A stretch of DNA of 64,000 nucleotides from an uncultured Fibrobacterota bacterium (GTDB lineage: Bacteria; Fibrobacterota; Chitinivibrionia; Chitinivibrionales; FEN-1185), in NCBI GenBank assembly GCA_963729895.1, contig CAVSQB010000011.1:27441-91440 (forward strand), given 5' to 3'. The notes under the pieces were generated by a model that saw only the letters and a list, made by a program, of their open reading frames with translations, searched no databases and was not told the DNA's origin. Both the position numbers and the translations under genes were made by a program. Shown here one piece after another: positions 1 to 9,072 of the stretch (the first letter of the stretch is position 1; the number at the start of each line of letters is the position of its first letter).

Positions 1-705
1 GTAGTAACGCATTTCGAAATGCAAATGGCTTCCGGTCGACCTGCCGGTGTTGCCTCCGAGCCCTACCACATCCCCGGCCTTTATTCTCTTATTGACGGTT
101 ACGCATTCCCGCGAAAGGTGGCCGTAAATGGTTTCGAGGCCGAACGGATGCCGCACCACCACCACATTTCCGTATCCGTGACGGTCGCACTTGGTAACCC
201 GCACGATACCGTCAAACGCCGCCCGAACGGTATCGCCTTTGGAAAGCCTGATGTCAACGCCGTTGTGCCACAGCCATCGTCGCTCTCCGAAATCCGACGT
301 GACGACGTTTTTGAATGGATGGACATAGAACCGGCCCGCCAGCGAGTCCACGAGCACGATGGTTGCCGTATCGGTCCACGCATCCGAGGCAAAGTGACCG
401 CTGTTGATCTTCCAGTTGTCCCACGCAAATGTGTCCACCGAGGGCTCTTCGGAGGGAAACAGGGTGTCGACCCCATCCTGGAATTCGTCCTCTTCGGTTT
501 CCGAACTTGTCTCGCTGTCTGCCTGCCGCTGGGTCAAAAGAGAATCGGACCGGGCCTGTTCAACAGGAGACGCGGAAACCGCGCCGGAAAATGTGAAGCA
601 GCAGAGCGCACCCACCAGGGAAAGAAACTCCGTGGCAGAACGCGAGACCTGCAACGCTCTTTTCGGGCTCCGCGGTGGCGCCGCTCTCGTATGCTTGTGA
701 TGCAT
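1..705 (-). CDS. M23 (LytM) family metallopeptidase; C-terminus cut by the window edge; absent from the supplied ORF track
   Basis: My reverse-strand translation of 1-300 reads FGERRWLWHNGVDIRLSKGDTVRAAFDGIVRVTKCDRHGYGNVVVVRHPFGLETIYGHLS..GDVVGLGGNTGRSTGSHLHFEMRYY (HxxxD and HxH M23 motifs). ATG at 705-703 (MHHKH...). A hydrophobic segment lies near the N-terminus. Confidence 0.85.
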   Translation of the reverse strand, partial: MHHKHTRAAPPRSPKRALQVSRSATEFLSLVGALCCFTFSGAVSASPVEQARSDSLLTQRQADSETSSETEEDEFQDGVDTLFPSEEPSVDTFAWDNWKINSGHFASDAWTDTATIVLVDSLAGRFYVHPFKNVVTSDFGERRWLWHNGVDIRLSKGDTVRAAFDGIVRVTKCDRHGYGNVVVVRHPFGLETIYGHLSRECVTVNKRIKAGDVVGLGGNTGRSTGSHLHFEMRYY

Positions 706-769
706 CAATAAAAAATACACAAAAAGCTTTGAGTGAAGTCGAACTTCCCGCTCACGTCCCGGCCGGCAC

Positions 770-3445
770 TCACAAGCCGCCCGCTCGTACCACCCTGATC
801 ACCTTTCCGGGCGTGAGCACGGTGTCCGGGTTTAGTTTGTTATCTTTGTAAAGGTTGTCGATCGGAACCCCGAATTCGGCCGCTATCCGCGTGAGGGTGT
901 CTCCATCCTTGACTTTGTAATAAATGACGTCGGCCTGCGAAGGAGGAACACCCGGATTCAACACGGTGTCGTGCGCCGCGGGGATGAGCAGGGTGTCGCC
1001 GGCATGGACGAGCAATACATCGGTAAGGTGATTCGCAGACATGAGTGAATCCACGCTCACGGAATACCGGAGCGAAATCCTGAAAACATCTTCTCCCGTT
1101 GCAACAACGTAGAGGAAACCCTTCGGTTTTTGCACCGCTGCAGCAGGGGGCTGTAAAGGGGCCGCCGGAGCGGAAGCCGCGACGGAATCGGTCCTTTTTG
1201 TCGCCTCGTTGCTTTCCCGGGCGGGCGCAAGGGGCGTTTGTGGGCCGGCCACCTGCGTGTCATTCTTGACAGTATCGGAAGAAACGGTTCGGACGGTGGT
1301 TGGGGGGAGCTGCAGCGTTTGGCCGATCTTGATATTCGGATGGGCCAAATTGAGGCCGTTGAGCGTTGCCAGCTCTTTGAGTGGAATATTGAATTTGCGC
1401 GAAATGGAAAACGGGGTTTCGCCGATTTCAACGACATGAGTTGGGCCCTGCGGCGCCTGCACAACCATGGGCACCTGCACAACCACGGGCACCTGGACAA
1501 CACCTTGAGGCGTCTGCACCACGACCGGTAACGTCTGCTGCGGCCCCGTCGCCGGCGCCTGTGCAAACACGGGCGGCGGGGTTGTTTCCACCTGCGGCTG
1601 CGGCCTGCTCACAACAAGGAGGCGGCCCGGACGCAGGAGGGCGTGGCCGGTAATATGGTTCCACCGGCAGAGCTGGGTAACCGACACATGGTAGTGCCGC
1701 GCGATTCTTCCAAGAAAGTCTCCGGAATGAACCCGGTAGCGGATTGACACGCCAGAGAACTCATAGTCCGGAAGGTCGAGCGCTTTGATCTCGGATTCCG
1801 GGGGCGGGGGATAGGCAACGCCCTGTGCAAGCGGGACGGCCGACACGGGGATAAAAAGATGATGCCCTGGTGTCAGGCGGGGCGCGGTAATCCGGTTGAT
1901 AGTGACGAGTGCATCTGACGGCACGTTGTACTGCCGCGCAAGGCTTTCAACATCGTCCCCCCGTTTGATTTCACACCGGTACCACCTGACCCGTTTCTCC
2001 GGTGGAAGCTGCGCAAGAAAGCCGTTCCACGACCTCTTGCGCCCTGCGGGCAAATACAGCAGGGCGCCCGTGTCGGGCGGGGTGCACCACCGAAGGATAT
2101 GGGGGTTCATTTTCTTAAGGGTGTCCCGGTCGACCGCGAGTCCGTCCGCAATGTCGTTCAGGCTGATGCAGTCGGCGGTGTGCACGGTATCGAGCGGGAG
2201 CGGGTCGATTGGCGGCATGGTAACGCCGAAGCATTTCGGGTTCTTTGCAATTGTCAATGCGGCGAGATAGCACGGAACGTAATTCTTCGTTTGTTTCGGC
2301 AGCCGCTTGAGATTCCAGTAGTCGTTAGTTTTGTTGCGGGCGATGCAATGAGATACGCCATTTTCACCGCAGTTATATGCCGCAAGCGCAAGGTGCCAGT
2401 GGCCGAAATCGCCGAATAGTTTCCGGAGATAGCCGATGGCGGCTTCGGTGGACCGGATCGGGTCGCGGCGCTCATCAACCCAAAAGCTCCTCTTGAGGCC
2501 GTAGATTTTCCCTGTGGAAGCAATGAATTGCCAGATGCCGGACGCGTTCGCGTACGAGTAGGCGAGCGGATTGAACCCGCTTTCGATGAGGGGAAGGTAC
2601 GCCAGGTCTTTCGGCAGCCCGCTGTCCGCGAACATTTTCTTCATGAGCGGCAGGTAATACAAGGCACGGCTGAACCACCGGTCCACCGTGTTTTCTCGGT
2701 TGTGAATGTAGAACGACAGCGCCCGCTGCACCCGCCGGTTCCACACCATAGGCACATCGTAGTCCAGGCCCTTCTGACAGGCGATTGCGGCAAGAGAAAT
2801 GCTGTCGGGCGGCAGCACGTTCATCGAATCTATGGAGCGCATCATCTGCCGCTGGAATACAGCCATGGCGATGTCTTCCGGCACCGCGTATGATGCCGGC
2901 ATTTGCTCTTTGTAAATTACCGCGATCTCGTCGAAATACCGGGACGAGGGGATCCGCTCGCTTCCGCCTTCGGCTCCCTGGTCGATGCTCTCTATTGCGC
3001 GCACTGCCTCCTTGAGGATCGAGTCTGCGGCCGGGAAGTTGCCGGCGTCGCAGTCGGATTTCGCTTCGTCAATGAGATCCGCCGGATTGCCGTATACCGT
3101 GTCTTCGTCGTCGGCTTCTGCGGTATCAACGGACGTTTCGGAATCGGATGTTGAGCTGGTGTCCGGCGCGGGGCATGCAACACGTACGCTGTCATGTGCG
3201 TGAAGCCCGGTATCGCCGGTCTGGTTCAGCGTGGAGAAAGTGCGGCGACCCGGCCCGCATCCCGCGGCCAGTGCCAGCACTGCGGCGACAATCAGAACCG
3301 GGAGGCAGGGAAGAGCACACGCTTTACTTAAAGTCAAAAACCGCACCTTCCGCTTTTTTGAGGAAAAATCGTGCGACGAATTCCGAACTTCGGTGCACCT
3401 CTCCGTGCCCTCGACAAACGGCAGGGGAGCGGAACAGCGAGGCAA
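770..3445 (-). CDS. mltD: MltD-like membrane-bound lytic murein transglycosylase lipoprotein (SLT domain plus five LysM repeats)
   Basis: 891-aa ORF with lipobox LALAAGC. SLT region ESGFNPLAYSYANASGIWQFIASTGKIYGL..LALAAYNCGENGV. Five LysM-like repeats, e.g. YRVHSGDFLGRIARHYHVSVTQLCRWNHI and YYKVKDGDTLTRIAAEFGVPIDNLYKDNKL. The exact start is uncertain. Confidence 0.85.
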   Translation of the reverse strand: MPRCSAPLPFVEGTERCTEVRNSSHDFSSKKRKVRFLTLSKACALPCLPVLIVAAVLALAAGCGPGRRTFSTLNQTGDTGLHAHDSVRVACPAPDTSSTSDSETSVDTAEADDEDTVYGNPADLIDEAKSDCDAGNFPAADSILKEAVRAIESIDQGAEGGSERIPSSRYFDEIAVIYKEQMPASYAVPEDIAMAVFQRQMMRSIDSMNVLPPDSISLAAIACQKGLDYDVPMVWNRRVQRALSFYIHNRENTVDRWFSRALYYLPLMKKMFADSGLPKDLAYLPLIESGFNPLAYSYANASGIWQFIASTGKIYGLKRSFWVDERRDPIRSTEAAIGYLRKLFGDFGHWHLALAAYNCGENGVSHCIARNKTNDYWNLKRLPKQTKNYVPCYLAALTIAKNPKCFGVTMPPIDPLPLDTVHTADCISLNDIADGLAVDRDTLKKMNPHILRWCTPPDTGALLYLPAGRKRSWNGFLAQLPPEKRVRWYRCEIKRGDDVESLARQYNVPSDALVTINRITAPRLTPGHHLFIPVSAVPLAQGVAYPPPPESEIKALDLPDYEFSGVSIRYRVHSGDFLGRIARHYHVSVTQLCRWNHITGHALLRPGRLLVVSRPQPQVETTPPPVFAQAPATGPQQTLPVVVQTPQGVVQVPVVVQVPMVVQAPQGPTHVVEIGETPFSISRKFNIPLKELATLNGLNLAHPNIKIGQTLQLPPTTVRTVSSDTVKNDTQVAGPQTPLAPARESNEATKRTDSVAASAPAAPLQPPAAAVQKPKGFLYVVATGEDVFRISLRYSVSVDSLMSANHLTDVLLVHAGDTLLIPAAHDTVLNPGVPPSQADVIYYKVKDGDTLTRIAAEFGVPIDNLYKDNKLNPDTVLTPGKVIRVVRAGGL
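1454..1507. repeat. Three imperfect tandem copies of an 18-nt unit inside the mltD linker
   Basis: cgcctgcacaaccatggg / cacctgcacaaccacggg / cacctggacaacaccttg. On the minus strand this encodes the VVQ(V/A)P low-complexity linker between LysM repeats. Confidence 0.6.
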
Positions 3446-3708
3446 AGAGGCGTTTCCGGGCTATGCCTGCAACCCGACGCGGCACGCCCGCCGCGCATCA
3501 CGCACACTTGTTGAATATAATTCATTTGAGCAAAATTGGGGTTGGTTTTGGACTCCAAAATCGCGAGGTTGAAATTACGTTCAGGAGGGTCCCCAAAAAA
3601 GAAAGTGCGCTCCCGACCGCTTGATCGCGGGCCCCGGAACGCACTGCTCGGATGTTTCAACAGAAGCATTCAGGGCCGCATTGGCGGGCGAGGATGCCTC
3701 GAATGGTG

Positions 3709-4158
3709 CTACGGGGCCTTTCTTTTGGCAAGTGACTGGATGATGGCGCTTGCCGTGGATTGGTCGAAGATAACAGTGTTTGCCTCTTCCGAGTTGATGG
3801 TTGCAGACAATTGGACGGTGACTGCGAATCCCACTGAAAGGGGTTTACCCAGGACTGTTGTCCAAACGTACGCAGAATCAATGGTGATGGTGACGGTGCC
3901 GGCCCTATCGGTGACCTTTGGAGCAGAGGTTTGTCCGCCCGCGACATAATCGAAGTAAACGTCTCCTACGGTTATTCCCTGGAGGTCGATGGCATCCACG
4001 TTCGTAGTCGTGCCGTTCACATCAATGGAAAGGTTTGTGAGGCTGTTTCTCACTTGTACTGTTGTTTGCGGAGGAGGAGTGACCGTAACCGTGCATCCTC
4101 CCACCAGAACGGCAATGAACAATGTGGTGAATTTCGAAAGTTTTCTAAGCATGTTCAA
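3709..4158 (-). CDS. Small lipoprotein, function unknown
   Basis: 149-aa ORF with signal peptide and lipobox (FIAVLVGGCTV). Thr/Val-rich, beta-strand-like sequence with no recognisable domain. Confidence 0.6.
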   Translation of the reverse strand: MNMLRKLSKFTTLFIAVLVGGCTVTVTPPPQTTVQVRNSLTNLSIDVNGTTTNVDAIDLQGITVGDVYFDYVAGGQTSAPKVTDRAGTVTITIDSAYVWTTVLGKPLSVGFAVTVQLSATINSEEANTVIFDQSTASAIIQSLAKRKAP

Positions 4159-4216
4159 TTCTCCTTTGACTGATGGTTATCGTCGGATGGAATTGCATCT
4201 GTTAACGCGCCCGCCT

Positions 4217-5158
4217 CTACTGGGGCTCCACGTTCACGCGTATTTCGTCGTCTTTCTTGGAACGCACTTTGACGTTCTGATCGTCGTCACGGCCCGAATT
4301 TTGTTCCACACGAACCTTTGCCGAAGGACGGTCGCCGACAGTCTGCGGAGAATTATCGTTCTCAGCAGGCACTACCCGTTGTCTCGAATCCTGTTGCGGG
4401 GCCGTTCTCACCTCGCTTGACTGTTGCTCCGAACCACGAACGGTTGCTCTTCGGAATCGTGGTCCTACCGGCACAACAACCTGGGGACGCGATTGGCTTT
4501 GAACCTCCACTCTCACCAGCGGCCGTTCGCCCCTGGCGACGGAAACCCTGTTCGGGACCACCGTAACGACGGGAGCGCGCACTACCCTGCGCACAAAGTC
4601 CAGGCGGGGCGGCGCGCCGTACACGCGGACGCGGTTCTCGGCCACGACGGGACCTGCCCGCACTTCCACGTGCGTTCGTAAGTCCGGCGCTGTAAAGAAC
4701 GGCGCGGGGCATGTTGTCCACTCTACGTGCATCAACCTGTGGTAATGGCGTCCTGCCAGCGGAGGCGGTGCCAGGGGCGCCCAGGCTATATCCCGGTCGG
4801 TAACGTTCCATTCAACCCGTGCGGGAGACCACTCGTAACCGGGAACCCAGAGCCAACCGAGTTCCTCGTCGTTATACCAGTTGCCGTAGTGGCACACGAT
4901 CCAGCCGAAAGGCTCGTCGGAATCCCACATCCAGCCGTCGCGGGTGTAAACCCAATGACCGTAGGTGAACGGCCGCCAACCGGCCTCGGCGTAGGGACGC
5001 CACACGGTGCCGTATCCATGCACATGGATCCATTCACCGTATTGGTCAAGATCGCTGAAGTTTGTCCGGACCGATACCTCGACCTGGGCGCACACCGGTT
5101 TGGAACCCGCGGCAACAAGCATCAAAATGCCGAGAAAGGCGATGGCTCGCAGTTTCAT
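4217..5158 (-). CDS. Secreted Trp-rich repeat protein (YxWGxW / DUF6600-like) with a basic low-complexity tail
   Basis: Signal peptide MKLRAIAFLGILMLVAAGSKPVCAQ. Repeats GYGTVWRPYAEAGWRPFTYGHWVYTRDGWMWDSDEPFGWIVCHYGNWY. Arg/Val/Gln-rich C-terminal half. Confidence 0.6.
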   Translation of the reverse strand: MKLRAIAFLGILMLVAAGSKPVCAQVEVSVRTNFSDLDQYGEWIHVHGYGTVWRPYAEAGWRPFTYGHWVYTRDGWMWDSDEPFGWIVCHYGNWYNDEELGWLWVPGYEWSPARVEWNVTDRDIAWAPLAPPPLAGRHYHRLMHVEWTTCPAPFFTAPDLRTHVEVRAGPVVAENRVRVYGAPPRLDFVRRVVRAPVVTVVPNRVSVARGERPLVRVEVQSQSRPQVVVPVGPRFRRATVRGSEQQSSEVRTAPQQDSRQRVVPAENDNSPQTVGDRPSAKVRVEQNSGRDDDQNVKVRSKKDDEIRVNVEPQ

Positions 5159-5280
5159 GGTTTTCTCCTTTGGTTATGAAGAATCCTATGAGCGAAAATA
5201 ATTTGGGGACAGGGGATTGTGCTGCGGAAAACAATATCAAGATAATCAAATCAATCCTTTAACCGGTACCAGCGACACTT

Positions 5281-5440
5281 CGTGGGTGCCCCACAGCAAG
5301 GGTTAGATTCTCGCAACCCCTCCAACTTTGGGGTCACCCGGCGCTGCTATCCAGATGTATTTGACTTGTATCTAGAAATTGGATTCTCGCAAATAAACTC
5401 GTTCGGGGCCACCCGGCTCAGCCATCCAAACGCATTTGAA
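5281..5440 (+). repeat. R1 repeat family: leader motif plus two tandem units
   Basis: cgtgggtgcccc leader at 5281, also present at 56591. Unit 1 (5306-5364): gattctcgc..ggggtcacccggcgctgctatccagatgtatttga. Unit 2 (5381-5440): ggattctcgc..ggggccacccggctcagccatccaaacgcatttgaa. The same unit occurs at 13730-13790 and 30813-30873. Confidence 0.8.
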
Positions 5441-5559
5441 TTGCATTTGGATATTACTGAACCTTCAATTCGCAATTCGTCCCGAACTATTTCTTGGTCC
5501 CTGGCGATCCGCCCTTTGTATATTTTCAAAAAGGTTTTTTCAACGTTCGAAGAAATCCC

Positions 5560-6738
5560 ATGACTCGTTTCGGCCTCGATACCGTTGCAGCCGCTTTCCC
5601 GAGGGAACTCACGGGAAAACGGATCGGCCTGCTGTGTCACGCGGCGTCGATCACGTCGGCCTATGTTCACTGCATCGACGTATTCCGCAACTCCCCGTGC
5701 ACGCTCGCCTCCCTGTTCGGTCCTCAGCATGGCATGTTCGGCCAGACCCAGGACAACATGGTAGAGTGGCAGGGGTTCGTGCATCCGGTCCTTGGAATCC
5801 CGGTGTACAGTCTTTACGGGGAGAAAAGAAAACCGACGCTCGAAAGCCTTGCCGGGCTCGATGCGCTTGTGGTGGACCTGCAGGACGTGGGAGCGCGTCC
5901 CTACACCTATGTCTGGACTGTCAAGCTGTGCATGGAGGCCTGCGGCGAGGCGCGTCTTCCCGTGTGGCTGCTCGACAGGCCGAACCCGATTGCGGCCGTC
6001 GGGTTCGACGGACCGGTGCTCTCCGACGGGTTCCACTCGTTTGTCGGCGGTGCGCCGATTCCGCTTTGTCATAGAATGACGATGGGGGAAATAACCACGC
6101 TTGTCAAACGCCTGTATTATCCCGGCGCCGACCTTCACGTGGTGTGGATGGACGGGTGGTGGCGCAATTCCCTGTGGCGCGAAACGGGCCTGCCCTGGGT
6201 TCTTCCGTCTCCCAACATGCCGGCGTTCGAAACCGCTGTAATGTATCCGGGGCAGGTGCTGTTCGAGGCCACCAATGCGTCCGAGGGGAGAGGAACGACG
6301 CGCCCGTTTGAAATCGTGGGCGCGCCCTACCTGGACGCGGACGCGGTTATCGCGGAAGTAAACACGCTCGGCGTGCGCGGGTGTGTTCTGCGGCGGCACG
6401 ATTTTATCCCGACGTTCCAGAAATGGCAGGGGGAGTATTGCCGCGGCCTGCAGGTGCATGTGAGTGACCCGCGCGCGTACGAACCCGTGTTCACCACCGC
6501 GGCGCTCCTGGCGGCGATCCTCAAAACATCGGGTGGGAAATTCGCCTTTAAGCAGCCGCCGTACGAATACGAAGCGGTCCGCATGCCGTTCGATATTCTG
6601 TCGGGAGACGAACGCCTGCGTACAACGCTCGCGAGTGGCGGCAACCTGATTGCGGAAAAGGAATCCTGGCAGGCATCGTACGCGCCGTTCGAGGCCCGTT
6701 TTAGCGATGTCGCGCACTATCCCGAGGAACGCGAGTGA
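5560..6738 (+). CDS. namZ: DUF1343 / NamZ-type exo-beta-N-acetylmuramidase
   Basis: Family-typical blocks GKRIGLLCHAASITS, LFGPQHG, GIPVYSLYGE, LDALVVDLQDVGARPYTYVWT, LDRPNPI. Start moved to ATG 5560 (MTRFGLD) because the longer track ORF begins just downstream of repeat DNA and adds non-family-like residues. No signal peptide is visible. Confidence 0.8.
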   Translation: MTRFGLDTVAAAFPRELTGKRIGLLCHAASITSAYVHCIDVFRNSPCTLASLFGPQHGMFGQTQDNMVEWQGFVHPVLGIPVYSLYGEKRKPTLESLAGLDALVVDLQDVGARPYTYVWTVKLCMEACGEARLPVWLLDRPNPIAAVGFDGPVLSDGFHSFVGGAPIPLCHRMTMGEITTLVKRLYYPGADLHVVWMDGWWRNSLWRETGLPWVLPSPNMPAFETAVMYPGQVLFEATNASEGRGTTRPFEIVGAPYLDADAVIAEVNTLGVRGCVLRRHDFIPTFQKWQGEYCRGLQVHVSDPRAYEPVFTTAALLAAILKTSGGKFAFKQPPYEYEAVRMPFDILSGDERLRTTLASGGNLIAEKESWQASYAPFEARFSDVAHYPEERE

Positions 6739-7685
6739 TCGGATTCATTCTTGCCGCCGGCTTCGGCACGCGCCTGAGGCCCATTACTGACCATATTCCA
6801 AAGGCGCTTGTGCCGGTGTGCGGGGAACCTCTGCTCGGCCGCGCGATCGATTTCTTGCGAGCCCAGGGGATGGAACGAATTGCGGTGAACGCCCATCACC
6901 ACCCGGACCAGATGGAGGCGTTTCTCCATTCCGGGAAACAAGGATGCGCGTTCTTCCATGAAACCGGCCGCATCAGGGGTACGGGCGGCGCGCTCTATTT
7001 TGCAAAGGAGTTTCTCGCCTTGGACGACGCTTTCTGCGTTGCGAATGTGGACATTGTCGCGGCGGTCGACCTGCGAAAGCTCCGTGCCGCGTTTAGTGAT
7101 CTAAACTGCAGCGCGGGGTTGGTTGCCATACCTTGTGACAACGGAACGGTGTTGTACAATGCGCAATCCAAAGACTACATCGGGGCCCGGTCCGAAGCAT
7201 CGTCCGGCGTGTACGAACCCGGGGGAAGGGGCGCCGGCGCCGAGTTCCTCGGTATTGCGTTTTATAAAAGGGAAATGCTTGCCGTGCTTGACGAAGCGGA
7301 TTTCTCGGTCTTGCCGGTCTGGAAACGGATGCAGGGAACCGGCATGAGCGTGAAGATCGTCGAAACCCCTCCGGTGTACTGGAAGGACCTCGGCACGCCC
7401 TCCGGGCTTGCCGCGATCCATTTTGATGCGCTCGACGGAACGTGCGAAATGCGCGTCCCTCCCAATCTTGTTGTCGACAAAGAAGGAAAAAGGGCCTACC
7501 CGCGTTCGCTTGATCCCGCGATTGCCGCCCGGCTGGGCCCGTATTCGTGGGTGGACACGGACGTCATCCCGGCCACTGCAACGCTGTCGCGCACCGTGGT
7601 TTTCAAAGACGCGGCCATTTCGGAAGGCACGGTCCTGAAGAACGCCATCGTAACATCCTACGGAGTGATCCCGCTTGTCTCCTGA
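6735..7685 (+). CDS. murU: Sugar-phosphate nucleotidyltransferase, probable MurNAc-alpha-1-phosphate uridylyltransferase
   Basis: N-terminal motif ILAAGFGTRLRPITDHIPKALVPV. The GTG start overlaps the namZ stop (GTGA, 6735-6738). The MurU assignment rests on the fold plus the namZ/amgK context. Confidence 0.7.
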   Translation: MIGFILAAGFGTRLRPITDHIPKALVPVCGEPLLGRAIDFLRAQGMERIAVNAHHHPDQMEAFLHSGKQGCAFFHETGRIRGTGGALYFAKEFLALDDAFCVANVDIVAAVDLRKLRAAFSDLNCSAGLVAIPCDNGTVLYNAQSKDYIGARSEASSGVYEPGGRGAGAEFLGIAFYKREMLAVLDEADFSVLPVWKRMQGTGMSVKIVETPPVYWKDLGTPSGLAAIHFDALDGTCEMRVPPNLVVDKEGKRAYPRSLDPAIAARLGPYSWVDTDVIPATATLSRTVVFKDAAISEGTVLKNAIVTSYGVIPLVS

Positions 7686-8715
7686 AACCGTCCAATTGAC
7701 TCCTGCGCAGACGGGCTTTCTCAAGGAGACGGTCCCGGCATTCGACTCTTCCTGTTCCGTAACCTGCGCAGGCCGCGCGGGATCGGACCGAAGGTTTTTC
7801 CGGGTGCACGTGCCCGCAACCAAAGAATCGTTTGTGCTTGTCGCTTGGAACAGCGAGGACCACGACTGGAACAGGTTCATTTCGATCCAGCGCGATCTTG
7901 CCGTCCGCGTTCCGTTCCTGCCGCGCATTTTCGCTTACGACGACGGACACGGCCTCATCCTCGAAGAAGACTTGGGCGCCGTCACGCTCAAGAAGTTCTG
8001 CGGCCGGGCCAAGGCCGCGGAGGTGGCCGCGCAGTACCGTATGGTCATTGACGCCCTTGCCGTGTGGCAGCAGGTTGACCCCTCTGCATGCGCCGCTATT
8101 TCGTCGCGCGACATGGACCTCGATATGTTTCTGTGGGAAAGCGATTACTTTGTGACGCATTGTGTCAAGGAGTACTTCGGCCTCGACAAGCTGCTGCCGG
8201 CCGCATGGGAACGGGAGCGGGTGCGGATCGCGGCCCAGGCGGCGGGATTTCCCAGGGTGTGCATCCATCGTGATTTTCAATCGGAAAACATCCTTCTCCA
8301 CGGCGGTTCGGTCCGGTTCGTGGATTTCCAGGGTGCGCGCCGCGGTCCGGCCGGCTACGATGTGGGGTCGCTTCTGTACGATCCCTACGCGCCGAACCTT
8401 ACGCCCTCGCTCAGCAGACGCCTGTTTGAATATTATCTGTCAAGAGTGCCGTTCGAGGTGACGCCCCAGTCCTTCCGCCTGTGCTCCATTCAGCGGCTGA
8501 TGCAGGCGCTCGGCGCGTACGCAAACCTCTCCATTCACAAAGGGAAAGACTGGTACCGTGCCTACATACCGGTTGCCTTGAAGCGGCTTAAGAGAGTGAT
8601 CGGGCAGGGCGGCGATGTGCCGGCGCTTGCGGGGATTGTGGCGGGGTGCATACGGCAGGACGGAATAAAGAAGTCCTCACGGAGATGCCGGGAAATTCGG
8701 AGAAAAGAGGATTGA
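7675..8715 (+). CDS. amgK: Aminoglycoside-phosphotransferase-fold kinase, probable anomeric MurNAc/GlcNAc kinase
   Basis: Kinase motifs IHRDFQSENILL and VDFQGARRGPAGYDVGSLLYDPY. Overlaps murU by 11 nt. The TTG start at 7675 is uncertain. Confidence 0.7.
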   Translation: MSPETVQLTPAQTGFLKETVPAFDSSCSVTCAGRAGSDRRFFRVHVPATKESFVLVAWNSEDHDWNRFISIQRDLAVRVPFLPRIFAYDDGHGLILEEDLGAVTLKKFCGRAKAAEVAAQYRMVIDALAVWQQVDPSACAAISSRDMDLDMFLWESDYFVTHCVKEYFGLDKLLPAAWERERVRIAAQAAGFPRVCIHRDFQSENILLHGGSVRFVDFQGARRGPAGYDVGSLLYDPYAPNLTPSLSRRLFEYYLSRVPFEVTPQSFRLCSIQRLMQALGAYANLSIHKGKDWYRAYIPVALKRLKRVIGQGGDVPALAGIVAGCIRQDGIKKSSRRCREIRRKED

Positions 8716-8801
8716 CGTCATTGAAGAAAATGGAGTTGCTATTGTGGATAGGCCGAAGGAAATTCAGGTCGATTTATGACCACAAATCAAGAAATGCATA
8801 T

Positions 8802-8824
8802 GGATAGCTGTGCCGGGTGCGCCC
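8802..8824 (-). repeat. R1 family core motif (reverse orientation)
   Basis: ggatagctgtgccgggtgcgccc is the reverse complement of gggcgcacccggcacagctatcc. It matches 30767-30789 and 56638-56660 apart from one base. Confidence 0.7.
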
Positions 8825-9072
8825 AAGAAGGTCCCTTGATATTATCGAGTCTTCTGATGGGGCACCCTTCGAGTTCGGCTGTGCGGGTGAGATCGAGATA
8901 GCGTTGCGGGGTGGCTTTTGACAGTAACCAAACAGGTACGCCAAAAACTCTCGATAGGTGCAGGTTTTATCCTGAAGTGGACTGGTGCATTCGACTGTGC
9001 TTTTGAGCCATCTTGAATCTTATTAGCCATGCAAGAAATGATAAGGGCCAAAACAAACAAAGTACAAAAACC

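Noticed and set aside
19-711. 230-aa plus-strand ORF at the left edge
   Set aside because: Its sequence is Arg/Gly/Pro-rich with no motifs. The opposite strand encodes a clear M23 peptidase (HxxxD, HLHFE), so the plus ORF is an antisense shadow.
5347-6717. 456-aa minus-strand ORF
   Set aside because: It lies fully antisense to namZ, has an Arg-rich composition, and shows no family motifs. Long antisense ORFs are expected in GC-rich coding DNA.
8716-9061. 72-aa ORF (8842-9060, minus strand) and a possible gene fragment (..TYREFLAYLFGYCQK..) between amgK and the IS4 element
   Set aside because: There is no start codon or RBS for the better-looking frame, it crosses an R1 motif, and its similarity to transposase N-termini is only impressionistic. 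It is treated as non-coding debris.
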